Assembly: GCA_030649895.1 (NCBI GenBank)
Contig: JAUSEX010000052.1
Location: 80,988-144,987 of the forward strand
Direction: 5' to 3'
DNA length: 64,000 bases
From: Candidatus Omnitrophota bacterium
GTDB lineage: Bacteria; Omnitrophota; Gorgyraeia; Gorgyraeales; Gorgyraeaceae
In this document: piece by piece, positions 59,448 to 64,000 of the stretch
Numbering within the stretch: the stretch's first letter is position 1
Layout of the letters: every line of letters begins with the position of its first letter
The notes under the pieces: model-generated
Databases searched by the model: none
Seen by the model: the letters and a program-made list of their open reading frames with translations, nothing else
What the model was told of the DNA's origin: nothing
Translations under genes and position numbers: made by a program

Positions 59448-60754
59448 TATAATTTAACTATGTTTTTAGCGGCTTTAAAATCTTTAAGCGCATTACGGGT
59501 GTCGAAAATCATTTTTGCGTTATCGACAATAACTTTATAATCCACATCAGTATGATCTGTAATAATAACCACGAGATCGCTGGAAGAAATAACATCTTTT
59601 GTAAGCTTTACCGTGGTGATTTTTTTGCCGCCGTCCAGTTCAAACCCGGACACAAGAGGGTCATGACAATAGACATGAGCGTCTTTTTTAATCAGGGAAT
59701 CCACTATTTCAAGGCCAGGCGATTCCCTGACATCATTTATGTCTTTTTTATATGTGATGCCTATTATCAGAATATTCGATCCCTTAAGAGGCTTTTTCTT
59801 CTCGTTTAAAATAGAAGCTATTTTATCCACTACATAATGCGGCATATAGGCGTTTATCTCCGCTGCCAGCTCAATGAACCTCGCCTCAAACCCATGCTGC
59901 CTAGCCTTCCATGACAGATACAGCGGGTCGAGCGGGATACAATGTCCACCTATTCCCGGGCCGGGATAAAATGGCATAAATCCGAAAGGCTTGGTTTTCG
60001 CGGCGTTTATTATTTCCCAGACATTAAGGCCCATCTTATGGCACATAAGCGCTAATTCGTTTACCATAGCTATATTGACGCTGCGAAAGGTGTTTTCAAG
60101 AAGCTTTACCATCTCAGCCGAGCGGGTGGAAGAAACAGGGATTACTTCTTTTATTGCGTGGGAATATAAAAGACGGGCGAGCTCCGTGCATTCAGGGGTT
60201 ACGCCTCCTACGATCTTAGTAATATCTTTTGTTTTATATTTAGGATTGCCCGGGTCTACCCTCTCCGGGGAAAACGCCAGGAAAAAGTCTTTACCGATCT
60301 TCAGGCCATTCCCGTCTAGTTTTGGCAATATAACTTCTTCTGTGGTGCCGGGATAAGTGGTGCTTTCTAAAATAACTAGCTGCCCTTTTCTCTTATTCTC
60401 AGCTATCGCGTCGCTCGCCGCAAGTATATAAGAGATATCCGGCTCTTTGGTCTTACGTAGAGGCGTAGGGACGCAGATAATAATAACGTCCATTTTATTT
60501 AGAAGCTTTGTATTGGCAGTGGCTTTTAATTTACCGGAAGCTACCAGCTCTTTTACGTCTACGGAAGGCACATCCAGAATATAAGATATTCCTTTACTGA
60601 TACTCGAGACCTTTTTATCGTCTGTATCAAAGCCAGTGACGCTGAAGCCGACCTTAGCGAACTCCACTGCGAGAGGAAGCCCGACATACCCCTGGCCGAT
60701 AATGCCAATGTTCGCCTTCTTATTCTCGATTTTAGATTTTAGTTTATTAAACAT
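59447..60754 (-). CDS. UDP-GlcNAc/ManNAc 6-dehydrogenase (WbpA/TviB/WecC family)
   Basis: GQGYVGLPLA, CVPTP, ESTTYPGTT, SPERVDPG, KLLENTFR, GGHCIPLDP. Confidence 0.92.
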   Translation of the reverse strand: MFNKLKSKIENKKANIGIIGQGYVGLPLAVEFAKVGFSVTGFDTDDKKVSSISKGISYILDVPSVDVKELVASGKLKATANTKLLNKMDVIIICVPTPLRKTKEPDISYILAASDAIAENKRKGQLVILESTTYPGTTEEVILPKLDGNGLKIGKDFFLAFSPERVDPGNPKYKTKDITKIVGGVTPECTELARLLYSHAIKEVIPVSSTRSAEMVKLLENTFRSVNIAMVNELALMCHKMGLNVWEIINAAKTKPFGFMPFYPGPGIGGHCIPLDPLYLSWKARQHGFEARFIELAAEINAYMPHYVVDKIASILNEKKKPLKGSNILIIGITYKKDINDVRESPGLEIVDSLIKKDAHVYCHDPLVSGFELDGGKKITTVKLTKDVISSSDLVVIITDHTDVDYKVIVDNAKMIFDTRNALKDFKAAKNIVKL

Positions 60755-60761
60755 ATTTTCA

Positions 60762-60874
60762 GTTCTCGACTCGCGAAGTTTATCCTAAGCGAAGGGCTCG
60801 CTCGAACAATATTGTATTCTTCTTGGCTTCGCTCGCTCGAACAATATTCTTCGAGCGAAGTCGAGAAGAATATT
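60762..60874. repeat. Family A composite A7 (three units)
   Basis: gttctcgactc...gctcgctcgaacaatatt; partial gcttcgctcgctcgaacaatatt; inverted aatattcttcgagcgaagtcgagaagaatatt touching the rfbB stop. Confidence 0.85.
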
Positions 60875-61827
60875 TATTTAAGCCGCTGCCACCAGGTGGT
60901 GTTGGCCTTATACCAGCTTATCGTCTCTTTTATGGCTATATTAAAGTCCTTAGACGGCTTCCAGCCCAATTTCCTGACTTTGCCAGAGTCCAGGGAATAA
61001 CGCCTGTCATGGCCAAGCCTGTCAGTAACATAGTGGATCATTTTATCTGTTTTGCCAAGATTTTTCAATATAATCTTCGTAAGCTCTATGTTCGGGATTT
61101 CAAAGCTGCCGCTGATATTATAAACCTCTCCTATTTTGCCCTTATGCAGGACTAAGTCTATTGCGCTGCAATTATCAAGGACGTACAGCCAGTCACGGAC
61201 ATTCATGCCGTCCCCGTAAAGCGGCACTTTCTTGTTCCCAAGTAAATTTGTAATAAAAAGCGGTATTACCTTTTCAGGATACTGGTATGGCCCGAAATTA
61301 TTGCTTGAGCGGGTGATAATAACAGGCAATTTAAATGTCTTGTAATAAGCCATTGCCAGATGGTCGCCCCCAGCCTTGGCTGCCGAGTAAGGGCTGTTTG
61401 GCCTGATAGGGCTATCTTCCCTAAAAGAGCCTTTGGTTATGCTTCCGTATGTCTCATCAGTCGAGATCTGAATAAATCTTTTAATCTTATTCTTTTTGGC
61501 GGCTTCCAAAAGCGCGTAGACGCCCTGGATATTTGTGCGGATAAAAGCTGACGCATCTTCTATGGAGCGGTCCACGTGACTTTCGGCTGCGAAATTTATA
61601 ACGCTGTCGCAACCCTTTATCAGCTTATCTACGATTTTTTTATCGCAGATATCGCCTTTAATAAAAGCGTAACGCTTATCGCCTTCCATGTCTCTTAAAT
61701 TATCAGGATTGCCGCAATAGGTAAGCTTATCAAGGTTTACAATCTTATAGGCGGGATATTTTTTAAGCATCTGCCTTATAAAGTTTGACCCGATAAACCC
61801 GCATCCGCCAGTGACTAAAATTTTCAT
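60874..61827 (-). CDS. rfbB: dTDP-glucose 4,6-dehydratase
   Basis: MKILVTGGCGFIGSNF (start 61827), DKLTY, AAESHVDRSI, STDE, PYSAAK, PEKVIP, GHDRRY. Confidence 0.95.
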   Translation of the reverse strand: MKILVTGGCGFIGSNFIRQMLKKYPAYKIVNLDKLTYCGNPDNLRDMEGDKRYAFIKGDICDKKIVDKLIKGCDSVINFAAESHVDRSIEDASAFIRTNIQGVYALLEAAKKNKIKRFIQISTDETYGSITKGSFREDSPIRPNSPYSAAKAGGDHLAMAYYKTFKLPVIITRSSNNFGPYQYPEKVIPLFITNLLGNKKVPLYGDGMNVRDWLYVLDNCSAIDLVLHKGKIGEVYNISGSFEIPNIELTKIILKNLGKTDKMIHYVTDRLGHDRRYSLDSGKVRKLGWKPSKDFNIAIKETISWYKANTTWWQRLK

Positions 61828-61850
61828 AATTCTTACCCTACGAGGTTTCA

Positions 61851-62564
61851 CTATAAACCTGCTACTAAATTGTTCGCGCGCAGAAGCGACTCGTGCGTGC
61901 CGCAATCGGTCCACCAGCCGTCAAGAACCGAGAATGTCATTTCCCCGCGCTTTATATATTCGTTATTCACGTCTGTGATTTCGAACTCGCCTCTATTGGA
62001 AGGCTTCAAGGTCTTCGCGATATCAAAAACCTTTTTATCATACATATAGATACCTGTAACAGCGTAGTCTGATTTAGGGTGTTTGGGTTTCTCAACTATC
62101 TTAATGATATGATCGCCTTTTACCTCAGCTACTCCGAATCTCTCGGGGTCATCGACTTTTTTAAGCAGGATCTTTGCGCCCTTTGGCTGTTTCGCAAAAT
62201 CCCGGACATAATGCTTTATTGATTTTTCAATAAGGTTATCACCCAGGATTACTACTATTTTATCGTTATCGCTGAAATGCTCTGCTAGCTTCAACGCTTC
62301 CGCGATACCACCTTCACCATGCTGGTAAGTATAGTTTATAGCCTTAAGCCCAAATTCATAACCATTTCCCAGAAGCCGCAGAAACTCTCCTGCGTGATTG
62401 CCGCCGGTAACTATAAGAATATCTTTTATACCCGCGTCTACCAAGGTCTGTATAGGATAATAGATCATGGGCTTGCCGTATACGGGCAATAAATGCTTAT
62501 TGGTTATGCGGGTTAATGGTTCAAGCCTTTTGCCTAATCCGCCTGCTAAAATAACGCCTTTCAT
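61851..62564 (-). CDS. rfbA: Glucose-1-phosphate thymidylyltransferase (short RfbA/SpsI type)
   Basis: GVILAGGLGKRL.PLT, KHLLPVY.KPMIYYP, LGDN, EKP, RGEFEITD, WTDCGT. Confidence 0.88.
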   Translation of the reverse strand: MKGVILAGGLGKRLEPLTRITNKHLLPVYGKPMIYYPIQTLVDAGIKDILIVTGGNHAGEFLRLLGNGYEFGLKAINYTYQHGEGGIAEALKLAEHFSDNDKIVVILGDNLIEKSIKHYVRDFAKQPKGAKILLKKVDDPERFGVAEVKGDHIIKIVEKPKHPKSDYAVTGIYMYDKKVFDIAKTLKPSNRGEFEITDVNNEYIKRGEMTFSVLDGWWTDCGTHESLLRANNLVAGL

Positions 62565-62579
62565 GTTTCACCTCTTTAT

Positions 62580-62663
62580 CTTCTCGACTCTCGCCTGCGG
62601 CGGAATCACTCGAAGCCCCTCGACGCTGCTCGGGGTTAAATAATGTTCGAGCTTGCCGGGAAC
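62580..62663. repeat. Family A composite A8
   Basis: cttctcgactc-tcgcctgcggcggaa-tcactcgaag, inserted hairpin cccctcgacgctgctcgggg, then inverted degenerate aataatgttcgagcttgccgggaac abutting a TAG stop. Confidence 0.8.
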
Positions 62664-63109
62664 TACTTATTCCAATCGTATGGTATATCGTTATCAAATG
62701 CGTCTAAGCGATATTCGTCAGGGGTTTTATAGTTATAAGCCATGGTAGGGACATTAATAACTATAGCCTCTTTATCGCTTACGCATTTAAAGCCATGATA
62801 TGTGAGTTTCGGGATCTTGACAAGTATCGGGTTATCCAGAGAAATCACAAAATCATTTATTTCTTTGTACGTGGGGGAATCCTCCCTGGAGTCATATATG
62901 GCCAGCCTCATGGCCCCGAACACGCAGGTAAAATGATCGTCCTGCAGTTTATGATAATGCCACGCCTTGGTTACCCCGGGAAACGCCGTAGTCATATAGA
63001 CCTGGCCAAATTTCTGAAAAACAGGCTCGTCAGAACGCAATATTTCCATGAGCCTGCCGCGATCATCCGGGACAATCTTAAGCTTTTTAACTTCTACGCC
63101 TTTTATCAT
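62663..63109 (-). CDS. rfbC: dTDP-4-dehydrorhamnose 3,5-epimerase family
   Basis: DDRG.LMEILR, KAWHYH..QDD, D.REDSPT, HGF. Confidence 0.88.
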   Translation of the reverse strand: MIKGVEVKKLKIVPDDRGRLMEILRSDEPVFQKFGQVYMTTAFPGVTKAWHYHKLQDDHFTCVFGAMRLAIYDSREDSPTYKEINDFVISLDNPILVKIPKLTYHGFKCVSDKEAIVINVPTMAYNYKTPDEYRLDAFDNDIPYDWNK

Positions 63110-63122
63110 ATAGATCCTTCAT

Positions 63123-63176
63123 CTTCTCGACTTCGCTCGAAGAATATTGTTCGAGCGAACAAAGTGAGCCGAGAAC
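63123..63176. repeat. Family A inverted doublet A9
   Basis: cttctcgac-ttc-gctcgaag-aatatt-gttcgagcga-acaaagt-gagccgagaac abutting a TAG stop. Confidence 0.9.
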
Positions 63177-64000
63177 TATCGGCCCATAGAGATATATTTA
63201 AAGCCGAGTTTACGCATCTTAGCAGGGTCAAAGATATTGCGACCGTCTATTATTAAAGGGTTCTTTAATAGTTTTTTTACCCTGCAAAGGTCCATATCTT
63301 TAAATTCCTGCCATTCCGTCAATACTAAAAGCGCGTCGCTATCTTTAGCGACCGCATAAACATCCTTACAAAACGTAACGCCTTTTAAAACGCTTTCCGC
63401 TTTTTCCAGGGCCTTTGGGTCATAGGCTTTAATATTCGCGCCGGCCTCAACCAAGTGATTTATTATATCTATGGAAGGGGCGAAACGCATATCATCCGTA
63501 TTCGGCTTAAACGCGAGGCCTAAAACGCCGATATGTTTATCTTTTACAATCCAGAGCTCTTTTTCTATCTTTTTAAGAAAGACCTGCTTCTGGCCTTCGT
63601 TGACTTTTCTGACTGATTTTAAAATGCTGAAATCATAGCCCATTTTTTCCGAGATATTGATAAATGCGTCCAGGTCCTTGGGGAAACAAAATCCGCCGTA
63701 ACCTATGCCACTTTTTAGAAAAGCCCTATTGATTCTCTTGTCAAGGCCCATGCCGTAGCTAACCTTCTCTATATCAGCGCCTGTTTTCTCGCAAATATTG
63801 GCGATAGAATTTATGAATGAGATCTTCGTGGCAAGGAAAGAATTTGAAGCGTGCTTTATAAGCTCCGCGCTCTTTATGTCAGTGATTACTATCTCAGATT
63901 TTATAGGACTGTATAACCTGGCAAGCAAATCTTTCGCCTTCTTGGTCTCCGCGCCTATTACAATCCTGTCGGGATGCATAAAATCTTCTATAGCGGTGCC
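63176..64000 (-). CDS. ugd: UDP-glucose 6-dehydrogenase, 5' end outside window
   Basis: Frame open to the window edge (GTAIEDFMHPDRIVIG); SAELIKHASN, GYGGFCFPKD, GLAFKPNTDDMR, TEW, DGRN. Confidence 0.92.
   Translation of the reverse strand, partial: GTAIEDFMHPDRIVIGAETKKAKDLLARLYSPIKSEIVITDIKSAELIKHASNSFLATKISFINSIANICEKTGADIEKVSYGMGLDKRINRAFLKSGIGYGGFCFPKDLDAFINISEKMGYDFSILKSVRKVNEGQKQVFLKKIEKELWIVKDKHIGVLGLAFKPNTDDMRFAPSIDIINHLVEAGANIKAYDPKALEKAESVLKGVTFCKDVYAVAKDSDALLVLTEWQEFKDMDLCRVKKLLKNPLIIDGRNIFDPAKMRKLGFKYISMGR

Noticed and set aside
61836-61848. Mini-hairpin with a GTA loop between rfbA and rfbB
   Set aside because: Too short to distinguish from chance.
42626-61914. Extended N-termini in the ORF track (starts 42649, 44584, 48579, 55704, 61914)
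   Set aside because: They run into IS ends, repeats or upstream genes; downstream starts fit family N-termini and RBS positions better.
38514-63176. Family A as integron attC sites
   Set aside because: There are no RYYYAAC...GTTRRRY cores in the right order, units occur in both orientations, and no integrase is in the window. Only the architecture is analogous.
38514-63176. Family A/B hairpins as Rho-independent terminators
   Set aside because: There are no U-tracts on the coding strand, and most sit between apparently co-transcribed genes.
584-63256. All plus-strand ORFs in the track (e.g. 28815-29522, 6131-6577, 62795-63256)
   Set aside because: They are antisense shadows of well-supported minus-strand genes, with no recognisable motifs.
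1-64000. rRNA, tRNA, prophage or JUMPstart/ops elements
   Set aside because: None were recognised. Intergenic space is small and is largely explained by the features listed.

Overview
The whole 64-kb window is the interior of one very large, AT-rich bacterial surface-polysaccharide locus. About 58 genes all lie on the minus strand, and the locus runs off both ends. In transcription order (right to left) it has five parts. (1) Core nucleotide-sugar genes: ugd, rfbC/A/B, a WbpA/TviB-type dehydrogenase, a WbpP-type epimerase, gmd and UDP-glucuronate decarboxylase. (2) Capsule assembly/export genes (Wzi, a large SLBB/Wza-like protein, a Wzz-like protein), with two toxin-antitoxin-like pairs interleaved in parts 1-2. 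(3) An unusual heptose/higher-sugar module: deoxyhypusine-synthase-like protein, HldE-like, GmhA, split transketolase, three radical SAM enzymes and a TIGR04372-type transferase. (4) An ABC flippase, a legionaminic-acid-like NeuB/NeuC/NeuA pathway, glycosyltransferases and a Wzy-like protein. (5) A GbsR/MarR-headed sub-operon with a second, atypical NeuB/NeuA, two B12 radical SAM enzymes, a DUF692-like protein and a BKACE. Three non-coding signals stand out. (i) A family of structured gene-junction repeats at 9 loci (38.5-63.2 kb) has constant flanks, covarying variable stems and c-GNA-g loops; 7 of 9 overlap stop codons, and they occur as singlets, doublets, nested copies and a tandem array. 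(ii) A second palindrome family flanks the export gene. (iii) A complete IS110-family element has 14-bp sub-terminal IRs, sits inside a Shine-Dalgarno sequence and rebuilds it, would form a promoter on circularisation, and carries a structured upstream RNA with target- and donor-matching segments (bridge/seek RNA-like). All product calls come from motifs read by eye; no database search was run. The host is not determinable from this window; Omnitrophota is only an impression.
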